A DNA stretch of 63,087 nt, filler included, from Reticulomyxa filosa (GCA_000512085.1; 18 parts of 18 records of this genome joined end to end with filler, not necessarily neighbours in it), one strand, 5' to 3'. Shown: positions 1-13,673, counted from the whole stretch's first letter. Program-made: numbers and translations. The notes: a model not told the origin generated them from the letters alone.

Positions 1-1158
1 GTCCTCATCTTGCGAATCAAAAGTCACTTTTACTAATATTAGCAAACGTAGTGATATCCTTTCAAAGACAATAATTTTGATGAGTAATATTATTATTGAT
101 ATGATTTTGTTAAGATTATTTTAATTATGATCATATCAAGTTGAGAATCATTGTATTGTCTCAATTCTCCGGTATTAGCTGCTTTTTTTTTTGTCGAAAA
201 ACACTTTTTGAACATAGTGTAATTTTTTGTTTGTATGTACAGCAACAATTTTATTCGTATTAATAATATTGCAGCTCGCTCCCTTAAGTTGAGAAAAACA
301 GTCTTTTTTTTTATAAGTATGTTCAACACTTAAAAAGAAACAATTTTGTACTTGTGTCTTTTAAAAAAATGTTTGTCTGATTTGTGTTTTATCTAATTAG
401 GATTTTGAACAAATTTTTGCCATGCACACGAGACACCAGCTTTTTAAATACATTTTATTTGTGGGCGCGAAATTAGAGTTTTTGTTTCCTTATTTAAGAT
501 TGTTAATACGTACATCTAGGTGTTTTTGATAAAGTAAGTAAATTTATTTTTTTTTTTGAGATAATTACTTTCTTTTTGTATTTTGAAAGTGTTTGTGCGT
601 TTTTGGACAAAGCATTGTCTTGACAAAATTATTTTTTTTTCTGTTGTTTTTTGAAATGTTAAAAAGTAAAAAAATAAATGAACTAAGCCTGTTTATCGTG
701 CGAACATCAAAATGCAAACAAATAATTTTTCTAAAAATGAGAAATAATAATTGAGAGACGTTTTTGGATTTTCAGAAGTGGGTCATTTGTTGTGATTTGT
801 GGGTCATTTTTGAACCAATTATTTTAAAAAAAGCACTTTTTGTGAAAAAAAATTTCCAAAAGTGTTGGATGGGGGACGTAGTTCAAGTTTTTTTATTTTC
901 GTTTTTGTAATGCAGTCTTTTCGACAACAGAGAATAAAGTCCCAATGGCCTTTGCTCCCAGAAAACAAAAGAAGAAGAGCGTTGGAAACAAATCATGGAA
1001 GTAAACATGAGATTGAAGACATTAGTGAAGTCGTTTCAACGACAGAAGAAGAAAGAAATAATAAAAGAAAGATCATAAATCAGCGATTGAGCAAATCGTC
1101 AAAAAAAACTGGATTAATTGCTTGGCGAGCATGGGAACCAAGTCGTCGAGCACAAGGT

Positions 1159-1401
1159 TGGATAATTAGGAAAATCTTAATGGAAAGAGGGTACCTTCAC
1201 AACAACCGCCGATAAGGAAATTGCGCGAGACATTAAGGAAAAATTGTCCTATGTTGCTTTGGATTACGATGATGAATTGAAGAAACTGATACATCCAGCG
1301 AACTGGAACAAAACTACAAATTACATGATGGCCGAGTCATTACCATTGATGCTAAATTATTCCGACGACCAGAAGTTTTGTTCAAACCAAAGCTCATTTG
1401 A
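1159..1401 (+). pseudogene. ACT: Actin internal fragment (about residues 190-268), frameshifted
   Basis: Translates as [77 protein letters not shown], matching actin [33 protein letters not shown]...YELPDGQVITIG..RFRCPEALFQP. It has two frameshifts, a stop, and no N- or C-terminal part. Confidence 0.93.
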
Positions 1402-2398
1402 TTTGAAACTCCGATTGTGAAAGGAAGCCACAAAAGAGGGTATGTTTGTGTGAAAAAAAAAGGAGCAATTTTTTTTATCTTTAAAAAACAAAAAAAATAG
1501 GAAAATTCAAGGGCAAACCCGACAACATTCTCGATTGTGCCACTTGTTAATTGAACAATTGATAGTAGGTGCTAGCAAAATGGATGATCCTTCAGTCATT
1601 GCTAATGTAACATTGATGGATGCTTTGGAGAAAACCGTCAGTCAACCAAAAGACCAACACGGAACCCATTTCGTATGCCAGTCAGTGGTGTTTATAACAT
1701 TAAAAGATTGGGTATGTGGTTACTAGACGTATTGAACAAGGGACGATTACCCCTGGCGTTCTGTTCGTTTTTATCCAATGAACACAACTGGCAAAGCATT
1801 TTCTATTGAAATGCACCACAAAACAGTCGACAAAACCGAAGCTGGTAACAACGTCGGTGTAAACGTGAAACAATTGAAAAAGGAAAATATACCACACACT
1901 GGTGGTGTGATGTGTATTGATGACCCTGTTTTATATCCTAACACAACCAAATTTACCTCTTTGGTATTTGTTCGAGATCATCCAGTACAATTGAAATCTG
2001 CAACTAATGATGGAAAAGGCAACTATGAAGTATAAAGGAGGATTTACCACATCGATCCATATCCGAATTGCTAAAGCTCCTTGTCAAATGTTGGAAATCA
2101 AATGGAAAATGGGAAAAGCATCAAACAATGCAAAAGTTGAGAGCACCACTTTCATTGAGACTGGTGACCAAGCTGAAGTTGTATTTGCTTCGAAAATGAG
2201 ATTAGTTGTGACCTGTGCAGACCACTGATTATGTCAAAAAGAATTTCTTGTATATATATGATGTCGTGTATAATATAGTAATTATATTGTATCGTGTTGT
2301 TATTATTATTAGGAAGAATGGTTGCAATGGACACAAACTCGTTGATTATGTTGGGAAAAGTTGTGTCAGTAATGCAAATGATAGAACAAAATAATTGA
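1402..2398 (+). pseudogene. EFL: Elongation factor-like GTPase (EFL) pseudogene, 5'-truncated with internal deletion and retained introns
   Basis: [13 protein letters not shown]|intron 1440-1500|KIQGQTRQHSRLCHLLIEQLIVGASKMDD carries the EFL-specific KGNHKxGExQGQTRQH insertion. Domain II reads GKAFSIEMHHKTVDKTEAGNNVGVNVK. Domain III reads CQMLEIKWKMGK...GDQAEVVF and ends GRMVAMDTNSLIMLGKVVSV. Several frameshifts and stops are present. Confidence 0.88.
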
Positions 2399-3268
2399 AA
2401 CATGATGCGACACAAAAACTTTTAAATGAATGGTTATTTTGTTCCAATAATCTCCTTTAAAAAAAAGAAAAAAAATGTTATTAAAAAATAAAGGATTCAA
2501 TCATTCATTTGCAATTAGGCTGAGACCGTAGAGGTTAGAATTTTTTTTTGGCTACATCCGAAAGTATGTAATTTTTGAATTCTAAAACTCATATTATGTT
2601 ATCGGGTTAGTCTTTCGCACTTTTTTTAATTTCTTTTTTCCATTCCAAAAAAAAGTGTAATTTACAAAAAAAATATTCATCCGACCAAATAGACAATAAC
2701 TATTAAATTGACCAAGTCGAATCGTTTTGTTGTTTGGTCTTAGTTTTCTTTTTCCAGGACTACATCCGCAAAAGGTTATTTTCCCAAGAAATAGAAAGAG
2801 AACTTAATGAAAGCAGTTTTTATTCAAACTCTAGATAAGAGTATGTTCAATGAAAAACAACAATTTAATTTAAATAATCTGCGAAAAAATAATAATTGTG
2901 CATATACAAAGCAAAAAAAAAAGAAGATAGACTATTATCAAATTAATACTAACACAGTTTCAAGAAGTTAGTTTGTTGCAACTGAGTTCCACTCAAGTGG
3001 TCATTTTAAAACAGCTGAGCAAATAAGGCAAACAAGGTGATGCAATAAAAAACGTTGCATTGGCCAGGCTTGGTGTATCAAGCACCGACTTTGAGTTTGT
3101 CATTGGAATAATCAATGCAAACATTTTCTTTATTATTCCAAACAGAGTATTTTTTTTGAAGTAATGATTGTTGGAAAATAACAAAATAATACGGAAACTT
3201 GGCATTCGGTGAATGAGAAATAGAATCTTCATTGTGATCAACTTGAAAGTCGTCCACACAAGCAATTG

Positions 3269-3368
3269 NNNNNNNNNNNNNNNNNNNNNNNNNNNNNNNN
3301 NNNNNNNNNNNNTTAATTAATTAANNNNNNNNNNNNNNNNNNNNNNNNNNNNNNNNNNNNNNNNNNNN
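3269..3368. other. Artificial contig-joining linker (44N-TTAATTAATTAA-44N); first of 17
   Basis: The identical 100-bp unit has stop codons in all six frames. Units start at 3269, 10661, 13574, 16707, 19132, 23470, 25625, 28287, 33261, 35461, 37413, 46030, 52384, 53602, 58362, 60001 and 61849. Gene content and base composition change abruptly across them. Confidence 0.99.
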
Positions 3369-3371
3369 CCC

Positions 3372-3409
<38 letters not shown>

Positions 3410-3416
3410 AGGATAC

Positions 3417-4508
3417 CTTGATAAAACTTGTAGCAACGGTGTCCTTGATAAAGCGCTCAAGACAAGACATAGAATTAGGTTGGTAGAAGCGTTTGCATAG
3501 AAAACAAAGCTTGGCCAAAAGGGCCGAGGCGCGAGTGGAAGGGAGCAATGGGGCGGAATAGAAAGCCGTAGAGGTGTGAAAAGGTATTTGATAGCATATG
3601 CTCAAGAAGACAATGCGATCGAAAATGAGCTGGCGATAGGGATGAACGCACAGCACGGAAAACCACAAAGACATAGGTATGACTTGTGAATGGACCACGT
3701 GATAAAAATAAGTGGCCACGTGTTGGTGCAATAAAAAGCTAAGTTTGGCAGCTTTGTTTAGTCGCCATTGGTTTCCATTGCACAATAGACGTTGTTCGTT
3801 TTGCATTGCGTCCTTTAGGTGATGCACACAGTGGTGGACTTCCATCAGCTTCATTGGAATGTTGCGAGGGTTGAGATTCAAGGTAAACAAATAAAGTAAA
3901 TGAAACAACAAACAACAATCAAACGACTTTTCATCGTCGTCGTTGTCATCATTCCGACAATGATTTAAAATTAATACACTCTCAATCAACAATTCAAAAT
4001 CGCAAATATTATAATGTCCTCGTTGCATTGGACTGTACACTACTGTTTTGTTTATGTGGTCTTTTATTCTTGCGTTTCTTTCTTCCGCACACTTGCGTAT
4101 TTCCGTCGTACTTTCTTCTTCTTTGCTCCCTTCCTTTTCTTCAAACTCTGCCACTCGGCTTTCTTCTCCATTTACAAACCGTTGTGATTCCGGAATTCCG
4201 CGACATGTTTTCTCGTAGATTGACACCGATATCACTTCCTTCACTTTGCCATACAATTCCTTGTCGCCACGCAGGTCTTTCAAAAATCTTGCTAATTCCA
4301 CTTTGTGCTTACACATCACCACCACTTCGGACAACCAACGGATAAATACACTTTTGTCTGTCCTGTACTTGGACTCGATTATTTCTGATACGCAATCTTT
4401 TAGCAATGACAACAATGACACAAAGGTCCCATCTTCTCCTTTTACTTTTATTTCGGAATCGACATTCTGCAAACTTCTTGCAACTGCATGTGTTTTTAGC
4501 CTTTCCAT
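3417..4508 (-). CDS. Hypothetical protein, first exon, 3'-partial; divergent from the COMMD gene
   Basis: 364-codon open frame from ATG 4508 (MERLKTHAV...) to a GT donor at 3416 near the contig end. No recognisable domain. Confidence 0.7.
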
Positions 4509-4745
4509 TTTTTTTTTGATTTTAAAGACGTAGGACCCGTGCTCTCCCCCCCCTTCCCCTCTTCTTTGTCGATAGTTAAAAACAGTTTCAATGAAAAAAT
4601 ATGTCTTTCGTATTACATAGATTAAAAAACTTGAATTTGTTATACTTCGAAAGGAGGGTGATCTTTGACAACAAAGAAAGGTTTGGGAGGAAACGCCAGT
4701 CGGCGGGAGGGAAAGAAAAATTTTAATATTTTTTTCTTGCATGTG

Positions 4746-5441
4746 ATGGATCTCTTGGAGAAGATCGAAGAACGAACACTTGAGCGTTATTTGCATAGTG
4801 TGGTGGATGGGTATCTTGGACGCAATGTTGGGTATTTGACCGACTTGGACGTGCTGGGACCAAAGAAGGCGGAAAAAGAAGCAGAGAGCGAAGCAAACAG
4901 CGTTCGTATAAAAAAGCAACTGAAAGAGTTACCCAATCCATCGCATAGTCATTTAGCATTACAATTAGTCCGCATATTTGAACATTGTCTGTCATCGACA
5001 CAGCAAGCAACGAAAAAGTCGTCGACGACAGTCAACGCAGTAAAAATAACATTGAAAGAACTGAACGAGGCGTTGCCAGACATTGGATTAAGCGACGAGA
5101 CAGTCTTCAACAAAATCTATGATGTGATTGAAATACGCAAAGCAGAACTAATGAATGAAGCGAAAAAGCGCAGTATATGTGTGGGGCTGCCCAGTTATTT
5201 GCTGGACTTTGATTGGAGTTTGCGATTGATTTTGTCCTCCTCACACCTTAGCAATACCAGGATACCGGTGTGTCTGTTGACTTTGTCTATCAAAGACACC
5301 GAAGCCAATGACCATTCCAAATCTCGCTCTGGCATTCGCACTGTCAACATACAACTCAATCAATCCGAATTGAATCAGTTCATTGCTCAATTGAAACATG
5401 CAAAAAGCGTTGCGTCGGCTCTTCAAAAGCATACTTTATAA
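4746..5441 (+). CDS. COMMD8: COMM domain protein (COMMD8-like)
   Basis: The C-terminus LLDFDWSLRLILSSSHLSNTRIPVCLLTLSIKD...VNIQLNQSELNQFIAQLKHA is a COMM domain. DFDW..L.LSS resembles COMMD8. Intronless, 231 aa. Confidence 0.85.
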   Translation: MDLLEKIEERTLERYLHSVVDGYLGRNVGYLTDLDVLGPKKAEKEAESEANSVRIKKQLKELPNPSHSHLALQLVRIFEHCLSSTQQATKKSSTTVNAVKITLKELNEALPDIGLSDETVFNKIYDVIEIRKAELMNEAKKRSICVGLPSYLLDFDWSLRLILSSSHLSNTRIPVCLLTLSIKDTEANDHSKSRSGIRTVNIQLNQSELNQFIAQLKHAKSVASALQKHTL

Positions 5442-6569
5442 ACTTTTTTTTCTCTTGCACTAACAATTTACCCCCTTCTCTCTCTCTATCTTTTTCTCCT
5501 TTTCTTACTTACTCACTTCCTAAAAAAAAAAAAAAATTGTTGATGACTTAATTTTTTTTTTTTTTCTTTTTTTAATTACAAGCGCTTTTTTTTGCCAATA
5601 CATCAATTATCAAATATTTACATACATATCTCTTTTTTTTTTCCTTCGAACGAATACAAAATGCTGTTATCCAGATATTTACAATTACGCCTTCTTGGGA
5701 CTTACACTCTAATGAACTTTTCTCTTTTTTTTCTTACTCTGTTTAGCGGATTCGATTTTTTTTATTTGCACCAATTGATCTTAGAAACACACTCTGCGTT
5801 TTTTTGAAAAACATTTCTGTCAATTTGTTAACTGCTCAAAAATGCAATAAATAAGTTTTTGAAATTATTTCCAAAAGAAAAATAATTGTAAAAAAATGTG
5901 TGTTGCATGTGCTTAAATCTGAAGGACCAAAAAGTATATATTTATAACTGGAATTTATTTCAAACAAAGAAAATTGCAATTTGGTGATACTTTTAAAAAT
6001 AATTTCAAATTTTTTTACAATTTTTTAAAAAATTTGAAATTAATGCTTCGACATGGTAAAAAAAGTTTATGCAACACACTTCTTTTTTCAACAAATAAAA
6101 AGTTATAAAAATTAAGTTATAAAATCACATTCTTTGCCAAAGGGGAATTAAATCTTAAAGAGATAAATTGAGATCATTGCTGTAACAACAGTATAAAACT
6201 TTTTTTGTATTTAGATATTGTACAGTTTCTTTGTTACATTCAAAGTCTCATTTTAAAAAATTTTGATAATCTTCAGGAAGTGGGATTTGAAAGAGTGAAA
6301 TAAAATATTTGCCCTTTCTCCTTTCATTGCAGACATATCAGTCAAAGTAACGAGTGTTATTGCCCATCTATAAACGAATAAAAACGTGCGTCTTTCTGTC
6401 AGGACACCTTTTGATCCTTCTTCAATGACAAAAGGCGGAACCTTGTTACTACCAATAATCACTCACACCAATCCCGAAAAAACTGTCAGTTCAAAAAAAG
6501 TTGTTACAAGCCTTTTTTTTTTTAGGAAAAAAAAAAGCTTTGCATTTACTGAAAATGTTGTTAATCGAC

Positions 6570-8359
6570 ATGGAAGGAGAAGAAAAAAAGGCGGAAACCA
6601 AAAGAGAAGCGTTTTCCCTTTCTAGTTGCTACAACATAGATTGGATATCTTTGACAAATGAACCACAAAAACTCAACACGTTGGCGTGCTGTCTGTGTAA
6701 TCAGATTGCAAATAATGCAATGGAGTTACAATGTAATGAACACGAAACGGCAGAGCACGCATATTTAGTTGGAGAAGAATGTTTGCAAATGTATTTAAAA
6801 CAAAACGATGGAAAATGTCCGATTGAACAACATGATCATTGCGAATTTTCGAGGAGTAAAACAGTAAGACAATTAGTGTCCGAATTATTGGTGATTTGCC
6901 CTCGACAATATGAATTAACTAAGCATGCACAATCTGATGAAGGAACAAAGTCTGGAGAAAGAGGAGAATGTGAAAAAGGTAATTGTGATTACAAAGGAAA
7001 AATAAGAGATATGAAAGATCATTTGGATAGTTTGTGCAATTTAAATTCAAGCAAACAAAGTGATTCATTGGATATGTTAGATCAGTTGAATACAATAAAT
7101 GAACAAATTAAGCAGTTGCAAAATACGACTAAAGATTTGCAATCACAATTACAGAGTGAAAAATTGGAAAGTAGAAAACAGATTGAAAAGTTGAAAGAGA
7201 ATGACAATAGACAACACGGACAAATTGAACAACTTAATGTAAGTATTTGTCTATTTATTGTTTTGTGATCTTTTTTTTTTTTTCCCAATGTAAACACGTA
7301 ATAATAGGAACAAATCTATAATTTAAGACGTGAATTGTTGGAAAAAGATCAGCAAATACTTGAGATGAAGCAATGCAATATTCCATCCAAAAAAGCATTA
7401 AGATGGTTTGAAAAAAACCAACATACTCATATCAGTGCATCTCCAGAATATAATCAAACTATGTCAACTAATTTTGAAAGTCAGAATAGTAATGACAATA
7501 CACAAATTGAAGAAAAAAAATATGAAGAAAAAGAAAAAGAAAAAAGAGATGATGATGAGGATGATGAAGAAAATAATGCTAAGAAAAATTGTGAAAGTAT
7601 GTTGTCATTGATTAAAAGTTGTGATCTAAAAAATGGGGTAGATTTTTTATTGGTGAATGAAAACAAACAGATCGTACAATTAAAAAATAATGAATGGAAT
7701 AATTACAACTTTGGAATATTTTTGCTTGGACAAAATATCACTTTAACTGTGAATTGTGATCGAACCTCTAATAATGGAGATCTCGGATATTTGAGGATCA
7801 AAACAAGTCATTTGTGGATTAAACATTCATCATCCAAAATCCATTGCTCAGAATTGGGATATCCTTCGGATCAAGGTCCTGGAAAGGGTGGATGTGGAAA
7901 AGATCAGGTGGTGGTGGCGGAGGATATGGAACGAAAGGAGGAGATGGAAATGTATTAGACAATGGAAAAGGCGGGAAGGTGTATGGGGAAGATACTTTAT
8001 TAGAAGAAATTCATTTTGGAAGTGGAGGTGGAGGTGGATCGTATCCTTTTCTGATTGGAGGAAGTGGCGGTGGAATAATTGAATTGGTAATTGAACAACA
8101 GCTAACCAATCATGGATCTATTCAAGCGAACGGAGGAGGTGGAATAGGCTGTGGTGGCGGAAGTGGTGGATCGATATTAATAGAATTGCCATCTAAATCT
8201 TCACTGAAACAAACTTTTGGGACTATTACATGCATTGGAGGAAATCAGTGGCAATTGAACAGAGGTGGTAAAGGCAGAGTTGCCATTTATGGCATTGGGC
8301 TATTATCAGATGATATCAGACATATCGATCCAAAACCATTCAATGCACTTCACAAATAA
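6570..8359 (+). CDS. RING/TRAF-type zinc-finger + coiled-coil + glycine-rich domain protein (one frameshift near 7900)
   Basis: Exon 6570-7238 has CCLC..C.EH..C..CP, ICPRQY and CDYKG..MKDHL..C motifs. A GT-AG intron at 7239-7307 is phase 0. Exon 2 continues and then shifts frame into GGGGYGTKGG...HFGSGGGGG...GGSGGGIIEL...GGGSGGSILI...GGKGRVAI. Confidence 0.75.
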
Positions 8360-9589
8360 TTTCAACAGCATTTATGCAAATTTTGGACATACAATGTTTT
8401 TTTTTAGAAAAGTATTTGTGCTGAAATTACATTGTTAAACTTATAATTGAAAAATGTTGTGGACAACTAATTTTTATTTGCATTACCTAAGCGACTGAAT
8501 ATCACTAGATTACATTTTTAAATAATTTAAAATATGATTTTTGTGCTCCTTTTAAATTTGAAGCTGCATTAATATAACTATTTTTAACTTTAGCTTTTTC
8601 TTAGTCGCTGCAACAAAACAACTTCAAAGAGCCAAACTTTAAAATGATACTAAAATTAAAAAAACCAATCCACATAAAAAAAATTTAAATTAGAATACAA
8701 ACACGTTCTATCCAAACATAACAATACCATCCAAATTTATTACTCATAACAAGAACTTGAGACGCGAAAAAAGTTTATGCCATCAATAAAGATAATCAAA
8801 ATTTTAATAAGCTTTATCTTATTATTTATAATTTTTGCTTTTTTAGTTTTTACTGAAAGGATTTTTCACATAAAAAATTTATTTTCAAAAATATCGCACT
8901 TTTCTTTTTATTCAGAAAAAACTGATATTCTTCGTTTGAATTATTTTTGAAGTTTCTAGCAAAAAAAACTATCTTCTAGTTCTATTGTTTCATGACTAAA
9001 CGTTTGCTTTTCATAAATCGATTTTCGCTCATTAACAAATTTTGCTGGCCATAAATTAATGAATAGCATACTGTGTCCGGCCACTCTTAACCTCTTCCTG
9101 ATTTTTCTTTTTTTTCATATTTTATATTTTCTTTCTTGAAACTATTATTGAGTTAAAAGGGCCAACCGAATTAACAGTCAACAATTACTCGTGGACCCTA
9201 AATTTTGATGATAAAACAATTACAGATATCATAAAAAAATTTTCTTTTTGAAAGAGATGCGACAAAAGAATATTAAATATTACAAAACAAACAGCAGTAA
9301 CAATTGTGTTATAATTGAAAAAACTTACAATTACTTTTAAAAAAAATGAAAACGTAATAGCTTATATCAGGCGTTCTACGACTTATTAAATTTTGCATTT
9401 TCTATCAAAAATCAAAAGAAAAATTATAAATTGGAAAAAGTTTTTCATTATTTGTTTTTTAAAATTGTTAATTATCAAGTTGCTGTCAATAGCGAATTAA
9501 TAAAATTGTAAATGGATTTATCAGCAGTTTGCATGTTTGTGTTTAAATGCACAGATTGAAACTTGTTTGTTTTTTGTCAATTTGGCCAA

Positions 9590-10220
9590 TTCCGACCTGG
9601 TGTCAAACACTTATTATCATTTTTGTTGTTATTGTTTTGCAATGTGAACAAATCTTTCATATCCATTAAATACATGCAAAGATTTAGATGTTTCAATATC
9701 CGATAAATGTGAAATGATGCAACACAATTAGTGTGTTTGTTAAATATTTCTAATTTAAAAAAAGCAGAACTTTTAGTCATTTTTCTTTTGAGATTATTTT
9801 AGATAATTGAATTGAACTTTTCTAAAAAAATAATAATTGAAAAAATGACTTAATCAAAAGTAATTAAAAAAATTTTTATCACTGAATACGAATAGAATCA
9901 TAACACAAAATAATACCATAACCATTATTGATTTTTCTCTTACTTTTTAATTGTAAAAATTTAAGACATACTATTCCATTAAGACTATCATTAATTACAT
10001 TCAATACTTTCTTATTTAATCGAATATCCAAAAAATAAGTTGTACCATCATACAATTCAGAACATATTATATTTCCATTACCAGTTTCATTGTTATTTGT
10101 TACAAATGGTGAAAATTCAACAACTCTAACGACATCTTTAATTCTGCATTAAGCGTATTGACTAGTTCTTGGAAAAAAAGAAGTAACTTGTATTTTATTT
10201 GAATCATTAAATAATAAGTA
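9590..10220 (-). pseudogene. Degenerate WD40-repeat gene fragments
   Basis: Minus-strand remnants DVVRVVEFSPFVTNNNETGNGNIICS and DIETSKSLHVFNG, broken by stops and frameshifts. Confidence 0.6.
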
Positions 10221-13200
10221 TATCTTCACTTTCATCTTTCCACAAAAAAAAAAGACATAAATTCAACGCTTGAATTTGCCTTTTTCGTTTTTTAAATATT
10301 CACAAACCTTTTTTTTTGGGAAAGTTAAAACTACTCAAAATTAACAGCATGGATAATCGAATTACAATACAAAAATCTCACAAAAGAAAAACTTTGATAC
10401 ACTTTCAGAGTTTGATAGACAACAAAAAGAGCAATAAACGCACTTTGACGTCTTTTGGTGTATAAAAAAACGTTAATGATAAAATATGTTTGCAACAATA
10501 AAAAAAAAAAAACATCAATGAACTACTTTAACATGAAATCACAAAAAAAAAAATTCTTTTCAAGTTGATAAAACATCAGGTTGTAGCAACATTGCGTTTG
10601 CCACAATAATTAAACATTTCAATTTTAAAAAAAAGCAAAGGAAGAGAAGAAAGAAAAAGANNNNNNNNNNNNNNNNNNNNNNNNNNNNNNNNNNNNNNNN
10701 NNNNTTAATTAATTAANNNNNNNNNNNNNNNNNNNNNNNNNNNNNNNNNNNNNNNNNNNNTTCATGTTAATAAATGATTATTATGATTATGTCAACGAAC
10801 CAAGTGAACACGTGAAAAAGAATTGATATGCTATTGCTGTAACTCATTTAGAGCTATACACTCACACCGAATTCAAATGTAGCACAAGTTTTTTAAACAG
10901 AAAACTTATTCTTCTTGCAAAAATGATCATTATGTTTCGGGTGTCCTTTTTTCAAATAATGCAAAATGTTGATATACAATCATCAAAATTCTGTATTACA
11001 ACAAACATTTCATTAAATGTTTCTGAGAACAAGGAAATGCAATGAACAAAATGATTTTTATTTCATTGACCGAAGCACCACATGAGGACATGAGCTTATT
11101 GAATGCAATTTCATTAAGAATACTGTGTATTTTATCTAATTTCAAGTGTATGAATAGTCAAACAAAATTTGTTAGTTTTTGCTTTAATGAACTAAGATAT
11201 TGCTATTTTATTGATATATCACTGTTTCTTTGCACAATAATGATTTTTGTTTTTTTCTAGATAGCTTTCTACTTATTTCTGCATTATATGCATTAAAGTG
11301 TAAAATGTTTGGAAGTGTACACGACACGTCGTCAAAGAAATATTCCCAGCAACATCGTGCACTATATAATAAAACTGAATGTGTTAAAATCTTTGTCACT
11401 GAAAGACGATGCGAATAAAGAGTGTCAAATCTCTTTATGAGACTTCCTCAAAAAAATTAACGGTAAAGTAGCACACTTTGTTTCTTCTGGGATTGTTTCG
11501 ACTTAACACTTCTGTGCGCGCACATTTTCACTATTGAGTCCATATTCCGGTTTGCATTCAAAGTGTCTTTTTTTTTTTTTATTCAATCATCAAATAGATT
11601 ATTTTGTTAATTCATTATACATAATATATCCTACATTAACATTTCTCTTCTATTCTTTTTAAAATAAAACAAAACTTTTCAATGTTTGCCTCTGAATATC
11701 CCATTGCCATTATTTGCAATAGGCCCAAGTTGCTACAATCCTATAATTGGCACATCTACACGTTGGTTTGTCCAATGTGAATATTTTTTTTTTGGGTACA
11801 CCCAAATTTGGGACGCCTAAAACTGACAAAATATTCAGATGAAAAGAAAAAAGCTGAGACTTACCCGTGATTTTGTTGTTAATCAAGACACAGGCGCCTA
11901 TTTCAAGAATAATTCTCCACCGTGGTTGTCGTTTGACAATTGTTTCCCTTATAACAAGCAATGGCGGTAAACTGGTTGTTATCATCGATGGTGATGTTGA
12001 ATTCGTTCAATGTTGTCGTCTTCCCCATGTATTTGATCATATCTGCAAAAAATTAAGAAATTTTTTTTTTAAGATGTCAAAAATCAGTATGCGATTCAAC
12101 ATGTACGTATGTTAAAAAAAATAACACCGTCGCTGTAGCGTATCCGTCACTGGTTGCAATTGTGGTACCATATCTTTCTTTTCGAGGATCTTTTTTTTCG
12201 TTGAGTCTGCTTTGGAAAATCTTAACTCCAAAAGCAATTGCAAACTTTATCGACGATCGTTAAGTTTACTTCTTTCCGCTATTGAGAATTCTATGGGAGA
12301 GTCCTTTTTTTTAATTGTATTTTTTTGATAAAGATCAGATCTTTAAAAAAAAGATGTGTGTTTTTTATAGGTTATTGTATACGTTGTTTCTCTCCTTAAC
12401 GACTACGTTGTCATCATCTACACAAAAAAATAAATTATGTTTGTTAGTCCGATTCCCACCACTGGAATGTTCGGAAAGTATAATTTTATTAAAATGTTTT
12501 TGTTGCAATGGCAGCAAGTCGATTTTTTTTTAGTGCTGCTGAAGATTTATCATTGTGTTGATTGTGTATACATTTACCTGTGATTTTTTCTCTATTTTCT
12601 TGTATTCTGTATCAGACATTTTTCCCATTGGATAATTCCAAAAAAGAAGAACTTTTCAATTTCACTCCAAATTGACTCATTGCCAACTTTTTTATGCCTT
12701 GCTCTTCTAAATCCTTTTTTATAAGATAACGAATGTTCTGGAGAGTCTAATGTATTAAAATATTAGATTTCAAATGTTTTGAAATGAGATTGATCACAAT
12801 AAAGTGATAACAAATACATAAAAACGTGATCCTGCTAAATAGATTGAATGAAATAACAAAAAAATTGATGTCCTCTCTTGACTGTGAAGATAGATGTACA
12901 GCCGTCAACCTGCATGTTGCCAATGTCAGGAGAGACCATAATAGGCAAGCGTATTTGTTTTGGCCGTGATGACAACATCTTTTTTTCCGAATGGTGTTGT
13001 TTTGAGCATACACTGATTATCTTCTTTCTTTTTCGGTAACTGTTGCACTTTGCAGAGGAGAGTATTAGTGGAGGAAATCTCAAGAGCAAGTTCCATGTTG
13101 TAGAAGTTTGCTTTATTAGATTGTTTGAAAAGAAGAGCCAAAACCACAGTTGTAATGTCCAAGAGAGTTTTTTCTAAAAAGGGAAAACTTTTTCTCTTCA

Positions 13201-13673
13201 GTAAAAAATCATTCTAAATGAAAAATAATTAAAATTGTTTTTTTGGAATGATTAATTTTCAATTTTCTGTAGTTAATCCGTTTTTTGGAATCATAATTGC
13301 AGAAATACAATACAAAAATTTTAACAATTCTTTTTTTCAAATTTTTTTGTAAAAATGTGAAAATATTCCAAAAAATTGTAAATTTGCACCTTTTTTATTA
13401 AACTTTTATTAGTTGTCCATTTATGTCTTTGTGAGACGTCAGCCGGAAAGAGTTTGCACTAAATGTAATACGAAAGGACTTTTTGCTCAAAAGCCTGATT
13501 TTCAACAAATAAGTAAATTAAAACAATGGAAGAGAAATGACACGAAAAAGAGGAAAACAAAACAAGGCAAAGTNNNNNNNNNNNNNNNNNNNNNNNNNNN
13601 NNNNNNNNNNNNNNNNNTTAATTAATTAANNNNNNNNNNNNNNNNNNNNNNNNNNNNNNNNNNNNNNNNNNNN

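Noticed and set aside
4509-4919. N-terminal extension of the 3321-4919 ORF overlapping the COMMD gene
   Set aside because: It depends on a non-ATG start and overlaps a well-supported opposite-strand gene. ATG 4508 is more plausible.
6001-6041. AT-rich inverted repeat AATTTCAAATTTTT...AAAAATTTGAAATT
   Set aside because: It is low-complexity and expected by chance in very AT-rich intergenic DNA.
10761-13573. Short minus-strand ORFs and splice-like sites around 11850-13160
   Set aside because: Possibly a decayed multi-exon gene, but I could not recognise any family or build a consistent frame.
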